Source of the DNA: an uncultured bacterium
GTDB lineage: Bacteria > Zixibacteria > MSB-5A5 > UBA10806
Direction: 5' to 3'
Length of the DNA stretch: 64,000 bases
Assembly: GCA_965541585.1 (NCBI GenBank)
Contig: CBEUCH010000004.1
Location: 180,770 to 244,769, forward strand
Position numbers and translations under genes: made by a program. Under the pieces are notes generated by a model. The model had not been told where the DNA came from, did no database searches, and saw only the letters and a list, made by a program, of their open reading frames with translations. The stretch's first letter is position 1, and every line of letters starts with the position of its first letter. Shown piece by piece: positions 19,607 to 29,002 of the stretch.

Positions 19607-22264
19607 TCACTCTTGAAGCTTACTACGGATTTCCTTGGCTCTCGCTAAGTGCTCTTTTTCCTCTTCTTTTTTGCCCATCTCCTTATACAGCCCGGCCATA
19701 TTTTCTAAAGTCGTTGCGATATTCGGGTGAATGGGACCGATAGATTTCTCCAATATCTCAAGGGCCCGCTTATAGCGAGGCTCGGCCTCCGCCTGTTTGC
19801 CCTGAGATCTATATAAACCGGCGAGATTGTTCAACGTGGTGGCAACATCAGGATGATCGGGGCCCAAGGCTTCTTTTCTTATCTCATGGGACCGCTTATA
19901 TAAAGGCTCGGCATCAGCGTATCTGCCCTGAAATCTATATAAACTGGCCAGATTGTTCAGCATGCGGGCAACAGAAGGATGATCGAGGCCCAGGACTTTT
20001 TCTGTTATCTTAAGCGCCCGCTTGTATAAAGGCTCGGTCTCCCCGTATCTGCCCTGGGCTTCATATAAAAGAGCCAGATTGTTCAACGTGGAGGCAACTT
20101 CGGGATGATCCGGGCCCAGGCCTTTTTCCGTTATCTCAAGGGACCGCTTGTATAAAGGCTCGGCCTCTGAGTTTTTGCCCTGAAATCTATATAATTCGGC
20201 CAGATTGTTCAGAGTAGTGGCAACAGAAGGATGATCGAGGCCCAGGGCTTTTTCTTTTATCTCAAGTGCTTTCCCATAGAGAGGCTCGGCTTCTATATAA
20301 CCGCCCTGAGAAGTATATAGATTGGCCAGATTGTCAAGCGTGGGGGCAACATCAGGATGATCGGGGCCCAGGGCTTTTTCTGTAATCTTAATGGACCGCT
20401 TGTATAAAGGCTCGGCCTCCGCGTATCTACCCTGAGATGTATATAAAAAAGCCAGATTGTTCAGCGTGGTGGCCACAGAAGGATCATCGGGGCCCAGGGC
20501 TTTTTCTGTAATCTTAATGGACCGCTTGTATAAAGGTTCGGCCTCCGCGTATCTGCCCTGAGATTCATATAAAGCGGCCAGATTGTTCAGCGTGGTGGCA
20601 ACAGAAGGATGATCGGGGCCCAGGGCTTTTTCATTTATCTCAAGAGATCGCTTGTATAAAGGCTCGGCCTCCGCGTATCTGCCCTGAAATTGATATAAAC
20701 CGGCAAGATTGTTCAGGGTGGTGGCAACAGAAAGATGATCGGGGCCTAACTTCCCCTGCAAATTTGCCTTAATATCCTCATATAAAGTCGTTAGTAATGG
20801 CCATTGCGCGCCGCGGTTGAATGCATCTGCAGCTTTTATAAACCATCCTAACAATTCATCCGGTGGCAGGCTCTGTGCGGCATGAAAAGAGGCTTCCCTG
20901 AAGGCGGTTTTGTGACTTTCGGAGATATCTTTGGGTTCAATATCGCCAACCTGAACCTTATAATGATTGAATAACCAGTTATTAGCTTTCGCAGATGACT
21001 CTTTTTCAACCGAATGTTCAATTAGGCTGTCGCGCATTAAATCGTGCATGACCCAGGTGCGGCTCTCCGGCCTCGCTTTTATAAACGAGAAGCGATGAAA
21101 CTCCCTAATCTTGGGAAGAGGATAGCCTGTCCCAAAATGTTTGATAAGACCAACAAAAATTTCTTCATCCCAGAACTGCGCCGCGCAAAGAACGTTCAAC
21201 GTCTGGATTTCGTTCTCGTTCATACTTCGGATGAAGAGGTCAAGAACATCCCTTGCCGTTTTTCCGAAATCGCCGGTAGCAGGCTCTTTTCCTTTAGTCT
21301 TTATTTCATCATAGGTATCAACAGAGAGGTCTAAATAGAACGGGACACCTTTGCTGCCTTCAATAATTACGTTACGGATATCCTCACTATCGATACCGCT
21401 CTCTTTGAGATATCTATTCGCATGCTTATCATCCAAGTCATCAACACAATGGGGTTCTATCCGGTTTTCCCAGACTTTATCCAGTTTCGGCCATTCCAAT
21501 TCTTCGCGCCCGCCGATAACCCAGACTACTCGCGGCGTCTTCTCTATAAATTTTCGTATCCATTCATCTTTTGTGAAGCGTTCACCTTCCGTTCTGTCAT
21601 TGCCCCATAGCTGTTCGTATGTATCTATAAATACTGCGGTCTTGTACCCGTATTCCTCGGTATAATTATTTAAATCCTCAGCGAGGAACATCGGTATGAG
21701 TTTTTCGATATCCTTAGCTTCCATGAGGGGCAGCTTATCCAACAGCGCATTTCCCCTTTTGGTAAACCAATCGCTTATATATTTATCTGCCTTATCTACC
21801 ACCTTGATCAATTTTGGAATGAGTCCTATAACCGGTATATCACCGGAATCCTTTATGAGGTCTGCCAGAAGTCCGGTTTCGTCCCATAATGGGAAACTGC
21901 TCTGATTTAGAGGAATTTGCGGTTTGATTTTCTTCCAGTAGACGGCGTAGCCTATATCGAAGGTCGGGAAATCTATCTTGTATTTGCTCTTAAATTCCTG
22001 GCGGAGCCAGAAAAGCGCCGTTTCAATATCACGATAGCTGGCGACCTCAAAATCCAAGAGCGCCCATTTCGCGTCAGAATCGATCTTCTCCAATTCTTTT
22101 GCCAGCTCTATTCGCAGGGCCGTCTTACCTATTCCGCCCACGCCGTGATAAACCAATATCTTATGCTTATCCGGCTTTTTGGTTTTGACAGCGTTTTTGA
22201 ATGCGGCTATCAGGTCTTTTCGCCCCACGAACGGGCGTTTTTTACGCAAAATTGTATCGGCCAT
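19607..22264 (-). CDS. P-loop NTPase (STAND/NB-ARC-like) with kinesin-light-chain-type TPR repeats
   Basis: FVGR, Walker A GVGGIGKT, Walker B FIDTYE, GVPFYL (GxP) and MHDL motifs; then 42-aa repeats LGPDHPxVATTLNNLAxLYxxQGRYAEAEPLYKR. Confidence 0.9.
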   Translation of the reverse strand: MADTILRKKRPFVGRKDLIAAFKNAVKTKKPDKHKILVYHGVGGIGKTALRIELAKELEKIDSDAKWALLDFEVASYRDIETALFWLRQEFKSKYKIDFPTFDIGYAVYWKKIKPQIPLNQSSFPLWDETGLLADLIKDSGDIPVIGLIPKLIKVVDKADKYISDWFTKRGNALLDKLPLMEAKDIEKLIPMFLAEDLNNYTEEYGYKTAVFIDTYEQLWGNDRTEGERFTKDEWIRKFIEKTPRVVWVIGGREELEWPKLDKVWENRIEPHCVDDLDDKHANRYLKESGIDSEDIRNVIIEGSKGVPFYLDLSVDTYDEIKTKGKEPATGDFGKTARDVLDLFIRSMNENEIQTLNVLCAAQFWDEEIFVGLIKHFGTGYPLPKIREFHRFSFIKARPESRTWVMHDLMRDSLIEHSVEKESSAKANNWLFNHYKVQVGDIEPKDISESHKTAFREASFHAAQSLPPDELLGWFIKAADAFNRGAQWPLLTTLYEDIKANLQGKLGPDHLSVATTLNNLAGLYQFQGRYAEAEPLYKRSLEINEKALGPDHPSVATTLNNLAALYESQGRYAEAEPLYKRSIKITEKALGPDDPSVATTLNNLAFLYTSQGRYAEAEPLYKRSIKITEKALGPDHPDVAPTLDNLANLYTSQGGYIEAEPLYGKALEIKEKALGLDHPSVATTLNNLAELYRFQGKNSEAEPLYKRSLEITEKGLGPDHPEVASTLNNLALLYEAQGRYGETEPLYKRALKITEKVLGLDHPSVARMLNNLASLYRFQGRYADAEPLYKRSHEIRKEALGPDHPDVATTLNNLAGLYRSQGKQAEAEPRYKRALEILEKSIGPIHPNIATTLENMAGLYKEMGKKEEEKEHLARAKEIRSKLQE
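19742..20749 (-). repeat. Eight tandem 126-bp coding repeats (TPR), plus one degenerate C-terminal unit
   Basis: Recurrent DNA blocks such as CGCTTGTATAAAGGCTCGGC and GCCAGATTGTTCA at 126-bp period. Confidence 0.92.
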
Positions 22265-22473
22265 CTGTAGTATCCGCGCTTTGGAATGATTTTTAGTAAT
22301 ATAACAATTTACGATATGGAGGGCAACATCTCTTTTATCAATAAACTGATGCTGAGTTACAAAGCGTTATCTGTCTTCAATAACAAAAGCCGGAGGCTTC
22401 GCAGTCTCCGGCTTTCGGTGTCGCGCAATGATGTCGGTGCAATAATTATGCGGCGCCGAGGGTCTTTTCTTTG

Positions 22474-22551
22474 GTAGTTCCGTCAGGTCGTGACCGAAGG
22501 TTGTGACCTGACGGTCAGGTCACGATCAAATGATCTACGACCTGACCGAAC
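22474..22551. repeat. GTAG-type REP doublet flanked by a 26-bp direct repeat of the ahpC 3' end
   Basis: Outer arms GTTCCGTCAGGTCGT/ACGACCTGACCGAAC, inner arms GTGACCTGAC/GTCAGGTCAC; direct repeats at 22445-22470 and 22564-22589. Confidence 0.75.
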
Positions 22552-22564
22552 AGAACCTATCTTA

Positions 22565-23086
22565 TTATGCGGCGCCCAGGGTCTTTTCTCCCGGTCCCCA
22601 TTCCACTCCGCAAAGCTCGCCGGTCTGCAAAGCCTGCAGCGATCTCAATGTCTCGGAGACCGAGCGGCCGGTGCCGAGATCGGAAACCACCATCCAGCGC
22701 AGGATGCCATCGGGATCTATGATGAAACTGCCGCGAAGCGCCATGCCGTCATCAAGTAAAACATCATAATCCTCGGACACCTTCCTGGTGATATCCGAAA
22801 GCAGCGGATATGTTAGCTCGCCCAGCTCGCCTTTTATCCAGGCATCGTGCGAATAGATCGAATCAACCGAAGCGCCCAGAACCCTGGCGTTATGTTTTTC
22901 GAATTCCGCATTTCGTTTGGAGAACTCTTTGATCTCGGTGGGGCAGACAAACGTAAAATCGAGCGGGTAGAAAAACAGAACCACCCATTTGCCCTTGTAA
23001 TCGGAAAGGCTGAAATCCTTGAATTCACCCTTGTATACACCCTGCATTTTGAAATCAGGGGCCTTCGATCCTACTCTCAAACTCAT
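22565..23086 (-). CDS. ahpC: 2-Cys peroxiredoxin (AhpC/Tsa)
   Basis: FFYPLDFTFVCPTE peroxidatic motif and C-terminal ELCGVEW resolving Cys. Confidence 0.93.
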   Translation of the reverse strand: MSLRVGSKAPDFKMQGVYKGEFKDFSLSDYKGKWVVLFFYPLDFTFVCPTEIKEFSKRNAEFEKHNARVLGASVDSIYSHDAWIKGELGELTYPLLSDITRKVSEDYDVLLDDGMALRGSFIIDPDGILRWMVVSDLGTGRSVSETLRSLQALQTGELCGVEWGPGEKTLGAA

Positions 23087-23538
23087 TTTTCCTCCTGTGT
23101 GTCATCTTGACACGATTTACATATTCCCATGAATACAACTGTTTTTGCCGTAATAACATGTTCAGAATCCGGTAAATCCGGTATTTGAACGCGTTCCAAC
23201 TCCTCGAAATGAACATCTTCAACTTTTCGGCACGAAAGACAGATGAAATGGCTGTGCTGCTTGATATCGCCGTCATACCGGGCATGATCCGACAGCGGAT
23301 TTACTTTTCTCGCGAAACCGATCCTGTTCAGGGCCTCAAGATTTCTGTAAACTGTTGCTAAAGAAAGGGTTGAAAATGACTCTTTGAGGCGACGATAAAT
23401 CGTCTCCGGCGAGGGGTGCTCTTTGGAGCCCAGTAGAATTCGGTAAACCTCTATCCTCTGCTGCGTTAGAGGAATCCGATTCTTCCTGCAATAGGCTCTG
23501 AGAGCCTCAATTCTATCAGTAACTTCCATTGTCGTCAT
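23083..23538 (-). CDS. perR: Fur-family regulator, PerR-like
   Basis: LTQQR, HPSPE, SLATVYRNL, HSHFICLSC and GICKSC motifs; overlaps the ahpC start. Confidence 0.85.
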   Translation of the reverse strand: MTTMEVTDRIEALRAYCRKNRIPLTQQRIEVYRILLGSKEHPSPETIYRRLKESFSTLSLATVYRNLEALNRIGFARKVNPLSDHARYDGDIKQHSHFICLSCRKVEDVHFEELERVQIPDLPDSEHVITAKTVVFMGICKSCQDDTQEEK

Positions 23539-23553
23539 ACAATACTTATCAAA

Positions 23554-23568
23554 CGATAATTATTATCG
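23554..23568. promoter_or_regulatory. Fur/Per box (7-1-7)
   Basis: Perfect inverted repeat CGATAAT-T-ATTATCG just upstream of the regulator start. Confidence 0.8.
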
Positions 23569-23622
23569 GACGGTTCCCAAAATATATTCCTAATCAGGCT
23601 CTATCGGAAGCAGGTCAACCTC

Positions 23623-24717
23623 TTATTGTCGGCTGCCCTGCTTATAAAAAGGCGCCTTTACGATTTCCGCCCGTGCGATCTTTCCTCTGATATCGATCCC
23701 AATCTCGGTTCCGATCTTCGAATTCTCCATCGGGACATAACCGATCCCGATTCCCTTCTCCAGCATCGGAGAGAATGTCCCCGAGCTGACCTCGCCGACC
23801 TGTTTGCCGCCGACAACTATAGGATAATGCTGTCTGGGAAATCCTCTCTCCTTAAGCTCGAAAGCGATCAATTTCCTCTTAAGACCCTCGGCTTTAAGTT
23901 TCTCCAATGCACTCCTGCCGACAAAATCCCCGCTATCGAGTTTGACCGTCCAGCCAAGGCCCGCCTCAAACGGGTTGGTAGTCTCGTCAATATCGTTGCC
24001 GTACAGCGCGTATTTCATCTCCAGCCGCAGTGAATCTCTGGCGCCCAGCCCGACCGGTTCGCCATCGAATTCCTTTGAAGCGTCCATGGCTGTATTCCAT
24101 ATATGCTCTGCGTGCTGCGGAGAAAAATAAAGCTCAAAACCTTCCTCGCCGGTATAGCCGGTGCGAGAGAAGATTATCTCCGCGCCCGCTACTTTGGCAG
24201 TCGCCGACCAGTAGAAACGCATCGACGGCAAATCGTAATCGGTCATTTTAGCCATCACCTTCTCGGCATCGGGCCCCTGAATAGCCAAAAGGGCTGTCTC
24301 ATCAGAGAGGTCCGCGAGCTCGACATCATCATGCTTCTTCAAAGACATCAGGTGAGCAAAATCCTTTTCTATGTTGGATGCGTTAACCACCAGCATATAT
24401 CTGTCGCCCAGGTTGTAAATCAATAAATCATCGACGATGCCGCCGTCGGGATAACACATACAGCTATAGAGCACCTGCCCTATCTCGAGCGAATAAACAT
24501 CGTTGGTGACCGCATGCTGTACGAACTGTCTGGCGCCATGCCCGGAGACCATGAACTCCCCCATGTGCGAGAGATCGAATATCCCGACAGATTCTCGAAC
24601 CCGCTTATGCTCCTCCGTAATGGAGCGGTATTGCACCGGCATGTAGTAACCGGCGAACTCTACTATCCTGGCGCCCAGCTTTTGATGGATATCGTAAAAA
24701 GGTGTTTTTTTTATCAT
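23623..24717 (-). CDS. gcvT: Glycine cleavage system aminomethyltransferase T
   Basis: KTPFY, FDLSHMGE, LAIQGP, SRTGYTGEEGFE and GLGARDSLRLE motifs. Confidence 0.96.
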   Translation of the reverse strand: MIKKTPFYDIHQKLGARIVEFAGYYMPVQYRSITEEHKRVRESVGIFDLSHMGEFMVSGHGARQFVQHAVTNDVYSLEIGQVLYSCMCYPDGGIVDDLLIYNLGDRYMLVVNASNIEKDFAHLMSLKKHDDVELADLSDETALLAIQGPDAEKVMAKMTDYDLPSMRFYWSATAKVAGAEIIFSRTGYTGEEGFELYFSPQHAEHIWNTAMDASKEFDGEPVGLGARDSLRLEMKYALYGNDIDETTNPFEAGLGWTVKLDSGDFVGRSALEKLKAEGLKRKLIAFELKERGFPRQHYPIVVGGKQVGEVSSGTFSPMLEKGIGIGYVPMENSKIGTEIGIDIRGKIARAEIVKAPFYKQGSRQ

Positions 24718-24886
24718 TGCATTCTCCCGTATCCTTCCAATTGGGCTTGAATATAACATTGTGTCAGTTGCAGGTCAAATCTCTCATAGGAGCATTTGGC
24801 CAGTCGGTTTGACTATTGACGGCCGATTTCACCTCTTTGTCGCATACGTATTGACTAATGAAACAGATTTTCCTAATATACTTTTC

Positions 24887-26431
24887 ATGAAGCTTTGCAC
24901 TCCCAAACAGATGCAGAATATCGATCGTCGTGCTATCGACGGTATGAAAATACCCGGCCTGGAGTTGATGGAAGTTGCCGGCAGCCGCGTCGTGGAGGCC
25001 ATCACCGAGCAGTACGGCGATATCACCGGCCAGGTTATCACCATCGTCTGCGGCAAGGGTAACAATGGCGGCGACGGCCTGGTAGCAGCCCGATACCTTC
25101 ACGAAAAAGGCGCCAAAATAGAAATCTTCCTAACGGGCCTTGCCGGTTCAGTTGAAGGCGACGCCAAAACCAATCTCAAGCGGGCTGAGAAGATAGGGCT
25201 TTATGTCAAGGAGATCGATGATCCGAATGACTTTGCAATAGATAACAGCTCAAATATTATAATCGATGCCATATTCGGCACCGGTTTTTCAGGCGATATC
25301 AAGGCTCCTTATGATGAGATAATCTCTAAAATCAATGATCATCCCGCATCGGTAGTGGCGATCGACGCTCCCAGCGGTCTCGATGGGGCAACCGGAGCGG
25401 TGGCCGAACCTTGCGTTCGTGCCGATATGACCGTTACGTTCGGCCTGCCGAAATTCGGCCAGGCGGTCTACCCCGGTAAGGAATATTGCGGCCTGCTTTT
25501 GGTGGCCGATATCGGATTCCCGGACGAGGCTATCGAACAGGAGGATATCGATCGGTATCTTCTAATGGAGGATGAAGCGACCGCCATGCTCCCCCGCCGC
25601 GCTCCCGATTCGCATAAAGGAGATTTCGGCAAGCTATTCGTTCTCGCCGGTTCCGAGGGATTTACAGGCGCTGGCGCCATGACCGCTGAGGCCGGCCTGC
25701 GATCCGGTACCGGCCTGGTAATCCTCGGCTGTCCATCCGGCCTGAACGATATCTTCGAGCAGAAACTAACGGAGGTCATGACCAGACCACTACCCCAGGT
25801 GCGCAAGAGGCGATGCCTGGCTCTGCGCGGCTTGGGCGAAGTTCGTGAGATGGTCAAGTGGGCCGATGCCGTGGCGGTGGGGCCGGGGATCGGCACATAT
25901 CATGAGACCCGCGATCTGATTTTCCGGCTGATAGCAAAGCTGGATAAGCCGGCGGTATTCGACGCCGACGCCTTGAACATACTGGCTAAAAACATGGATT
26001 ATCTGAAAGGCCATTCCGCTCCCCTGGTGATATCACCGCACCCCGGTGAGATGTCGCGCCTGACCGGAAAGACAATCGAGCAGATCGAAAAAAACAGGAT
26101 CGATATTGCATTGGAGTTCGCCGAAGAATTCAACCTCGTCTGCATTCTAAAAGGCGCACCATCGGTGATTGCCGCGCCGTCGGGTCACGCCTGGATCAAT
26201 CCCACCGGCAACGAGGGGATGGCCACCGCCGGTTCGGGTGATGTCCTGACCGGTCTCATCGGCGGTTTTCTGGCGCAGGGCCTGATGGATATCGACGCCG
26301 CCGTGCTTGGCTGTTATGTCCACGGCAAGGCGGGCGACCTGGCCTCTGAGAGCCTCGGCTCCCGCGGCATGATTGCGGGGGATATACTGCAGATGGTACC
26401 ATTGGCGCTGCGGGAGCTGGAGGAGGGGTGA
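24887..26431 (+). CDS. nnr: Bifunctional NAD(P)HX epimerase/dehydratase
   Basis: CGKGNNGGDG, DAIFGTG, DAPSG, SHKGDFG, DADAL, SPHPGEM and MATAGSGDVL motifs. Confidence 0.95.
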   Translation: MKLCTPKQMQNIDRRAIDGMKIPGLELMEVAGSRVVEAITEQYGDITGQVITIVCGKGNNGGDGLVAARYLHEKGAKIEIFLTGLAGSVEGDAKTNLKRAEKIGLYVKEIDDPNDFAIDNSSNIIIDAIFGTGFSGDIKAPYDEIISKINDHPASVVAIDAPSGLDGATGAVAEPCVRADMTVTFGLPKFGQAVYPGKEYCGLLLVADIGFPDEAIEQEDIDRYLLMEDEATAMLPRRAPDSHKGDFGKLFVLAGSEGFTGAGAMTAEAGLRSGTGLVILGCPSGLNDIFEQKLTEVMTRPLPQVRKRRCLALRGLGEVREMVKWADAVAVGPGIGTYHETRDLIFRLIAKLDKPAVFDADALNILAKNMDYLKGHSAPLVISPHPGEMSRLTGKTIEQIEKNRIDIALEFAEEFNLVCILKGAPSVIAAPSGHAWINPTGNEGMATAGSGDVLTGLIGGFLAQGLMDIDAAVLGCYVHGKAGDLASESLGSRGMIAGDILQMVPLALRELEEG

Positions 26432-26484
26432 TATCTTGTAGGTCAGGCCTGGGATTTGACTCATAGTAAAAGGAATTCAGTTTT

Positions 26485-26553
26485 GTAGGTCAGGCCGCCT
26501 GCGGCCTGACAAAAGAGGGCATTGAATGTCAGTTCCCGGGGGAACTGACCTAC
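26485..26553. repeat. REPIN copy 1 (two different GTAG-REPs in inverted orientation)
   Basis: GTAG-GTCAGGCCGC-CT-GCGGCCTGAC, spacer, GTCAGTTCCC-GG-GGGAACTGAC-CTAC. Confidence 0.9.
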
Positions 26554-26585
26554 AAAATAGCGTATTTGCGAAAGGGGTCGGTAAA

Positions 26586-26960
26586 ATGAGAATATCTAAA
26601 TTAATCGCATTAATTTCCTTATTTATGATTACGTGCATTATTACATTGACCGCTCTTCCTCAAGAAAAAGAACATAATTCTATGTCATCAATTCAATTTG
26701 ACGACAAGCCCTCAAATATGTTCCTTCCGAAAAACGGATGCGTTCCCGATAAGGCTACAGCTATTAAAATAGCCGAAGCTGTTTGGTTTCCTTTGTATAG
26801 AGAATCTATCTATAAGCAGAAACCTTTTAAAGTCGAGTTATTGAATGACAGCTTATGGGTAGTTGTTGGGACTCTTCAACCAAATATGCTTGGGGGTGTT
26901 GCCTATATTGAAATTTCAAAAAAAGATAGCAAAATATTTGGAATTAGGCACGGTAAATAA
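26586..26960 (+). CDS. NTF2-fold immunity protein (YbbC/YhhH, Imm-NTF2-2-like), secreted
   Basis: Signal peptide; VPDKATAIKIAEAVWFPLY...QKPF...WVVVGTL...GGVAYIEISKKD...HGK pattern; AT-rich. Confidence 0.75.
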   Translation: MRISKLIALISLFMITCIITLTALPQEKEHNSMSSIQFDDKPSNMFLPKNGCVPDKATAIKIAEAVWFPLYRESIYKQKPFKVELLNDSLWVVVGTLQPNMLGGVAYIEISKKDSKIFGIRHGK

Positions 26961-26970
26961 TAAAAGAATT

Positions 26971-27035
26971 GTAGGTCAGGCCGCCTGCGGCCTGACAAAA
27001 GCATTGAATGTCAGTTCCCGGGGGAACTGACCTAC
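26971..27035. repeat. REPIN copy 2
   Basis: Same arms as copy 1; spacer 4 bp shorter. Confidence 0.9.
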
Positions 27036-27075
27036 TAAAGACGAGGATTTAGCATTTTTAAGCCAAGAATCAATT

Positions 27076-27573
27076 ATGTCGATTCTACGAAGGTATAATT
27101 TCCCGGGCGCTATTTATTTTATCACCAATAATACTCACGATCGTCAACCCTTTTTGGTGGCAGAGGTTGATCTGTTTTGGCTTGCTATAGAGACCATGAA
27201 AAAGAGATCTCTATTCGATTTGATCGCCTGGGTCATCTTGCCTGATCATTTTCATATAATTATCGATCCTCTTGAGAATAATATTTCCGAATTAATGAAA
27301 CGTATCAAGCTCTCATTCTCAATGAACTATAGAAAAAAGCAAAGTCTGAAAAATCTGAATGTCTGGCAAAAGCGTTTTTGGGATCATATCATTAGGAATC
27401 AAGACGATTTCAACAGACATATAGATTACATCCACTATAATCCAGTAAAGCACGGCCTTGCAAATAATCCGCTCGATTATAAACATTCATCCATAAGCAA
27501 ATTCTCGGAATATTATCAAGAAGATTGGGGTGTAACAGAGAAAATCAAATTTAATGGTGATTATGGAGAATAA
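27076..27573 (+). mobile_element. rayT: REP-associated tyrosine transposase (RAYT, Y1 HUH family)
   Basis: YFIT, AWVILPDHFH (HUH), VWQKRFWDHIIR and DYIHYNPVKHGL motifs; flanked on both sides by REPINs. Confidence 0.92.
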
Positions 27574-27584
27574 AAAATAGTTTT

Positions 27585-27653
27585 GTAGGTCAGGCGGCCT
27601 GCGGCCAGACAAAAGAGGGTATTGAATGTCAGTCCCCGGGGGAACTGACCTAC
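27585..27653. repeat. REPIN copy 3
   Basis: Near-identical to copy 1 with four substitutions. Confidence 0.9.
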
Positions 27654-27666
27654 TAAAGACTCTCCT

Positions 27667-27705
27667 CGTCATCGCGAGGAGTTCTACGGACGACGAAGCG
27701 ATCTC
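27667..27705. repeat. Repeat of the CGTCATyGCGAG...GAAGCrATCTC class
   Basis: CGTCATCGCGAGGAG...CGACGAAGCGATCTC; a weaker reverse-oriented relative lies at about 22395-22433. Confidence 0.45.
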
Positions 27706-27735
27706 ATCTGTTGAATACATGAATCAGGAGCAACA

Positions 27736-28932
27736 ATGAATACAATCAAAACCAGAATAGAACAGCTCGCTAAAAAGCACGGCTCCGCCATGATCCAACT
27801 GCGCCGGAAACTCCATCAAAATCCGGAGACCGCGCTGGAGGAATTCCAAACACAGAAAACCATCGCCGCCAAGCTCAAAGGGGCCGGATGCCGAGTCAAT
27901 ACAAAGATCTGGAAAACCGCGGTGGTCGGCCTGCTCGAGGGGAAGCATAAGGGGATGACCGTCGGTATCAGGTCGGATATGGATGCTCTCCCGGTAACCG
28001 AGAAAACCGGCTACTCATTCGCCAGCAGGAACAAGGGCAAGATGCACGCCTGCGGCCATGACGTGCATATGTCGCTCGTCTGGGGAGCAGCGAAGATCTT
28101 GAGCGAGCTTCGCCACGAGTTGCATGGAAATATCAAATTCATATATCAACCATCGGAGGAGATAACCCCCGGCGGGGCTAAATTCCTAATCCGAAAAGGT
28201 GTCTTGAAAAACCCGAAGGTCGATATGGTTTTCGGCCTGCATGTCGATACTACGCTGCCTGTCGGTAAAATCGGTTTCTATGACGGTGCTATGATGGCGG
28301 AGGCGGACGATTTCGATATCGAGATCATAGGAAAATCCGGTCACGCCGCCCGCCCACATGAAACGGTGGACCCCATCATGGTGGCCGCCAACGTGGTAAC
28401 GGCGCTACAGAATATATCATCCCGGCAGGTCGACCCGCTAAACCCGGTGGTGGTGACCATCGGCTCCATCCACGGCGGGACCACATTCAATGTGATCCCC
28501 GAAAGCGTTGCTATAAAAGGAACTGCCCGTACTCTGGAAAAGAAGTTGACCCGCGATATTCCCGGGATGATCGAAAAGATCATAGCCGGTGTCTGCAAAA
28601 CCTATGGCGCCCGATACAGATTTGACTACCGTAAGGGGTATCCGATTACCGTCAATGACAAACGGGTGAACGATATCTACCGCGCAGTGGCAAAGGAGCT
28701 TTACGGCAAGCGGTCTATCGTGGAATTGACAGAACCGGTCATGGGTGCCGAGGATTTTTCCTATTTTACACAGGCTGTACCGGCCGCCATGATGCGGTTG
28801 GGCGTGGGCAACCCGAAAATCGGCGCCGATAAACCGTGGCATAGCTCGGAGTTTAAGATCGACGAGAGGGCGATACCTATAGGAGCGGCGTTGCTGGCTA
28901 TGGCGATATCGCGGATGTTATTGCAGGCTTGA
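27736..28932 (+). CDS. M20D-family amidohydrolase
   Basis: RRKLHQNPE, RSDMDALP, MHACGHDVH, QPSEE and MGAEDF motifs. Confidence 0.93.
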   Translation: MNTIKTRIEQLAKKHGSAMIQLRRKLHQNPETALEEFQTQKTIAAKLKGAGCRVNTKIWKTAVVGLLEGKHKGMTVGIRSDMDALPVTEKTGYSFASRNKGKMHACGHDVHMSLVWGAAKILSELRHELHGNIKFIYQPSEEITPGGAKFLIRKGVLKNPKVDMVFGLHVDTTLPVGKIGFYDGAMMAEADDFDIEIIGKSGHAARPHETVDPIMVAANVVTALQNISSRQVDPLNPVVVTIGSIHGGTTFNVIPESVAIKGTARTLEKKLTRDIPGMIEKIIAGVCKTYGARYRFDYRKGYPITVNDKRVNDIYRAVAKELYGKRSIVELTEPVMGAEDFSYFTQAVPAAMMRLGVGNPKIGADKPWHSSEFKIDERAIPIGAALLAMAISRMLLQA

Positions 28933-29002
28933 GAATAGGTGAGATCAAGATTTCATTCCAAACGTGGCCAAACACACAGGTTTGTTCCAGCAAAGATATC
29001 GC

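Noticed and set aside
19742..20749. Regular repeats as a possible CRISPR array
   Set aside because: The 126-bp period is in frame within a TPR coding region, with no unique spacers and no cas genes.
26485..27653. Three direct repeats as a CRISPR array or integron attC array
   Set aside because: The intervals are whole genes of 400-550 bp, the repeats are GTAG double hairpins beside a RAYT, and there is no cas gene, tyrosine integrase or RYYYAAC/GTTRRRY ends.
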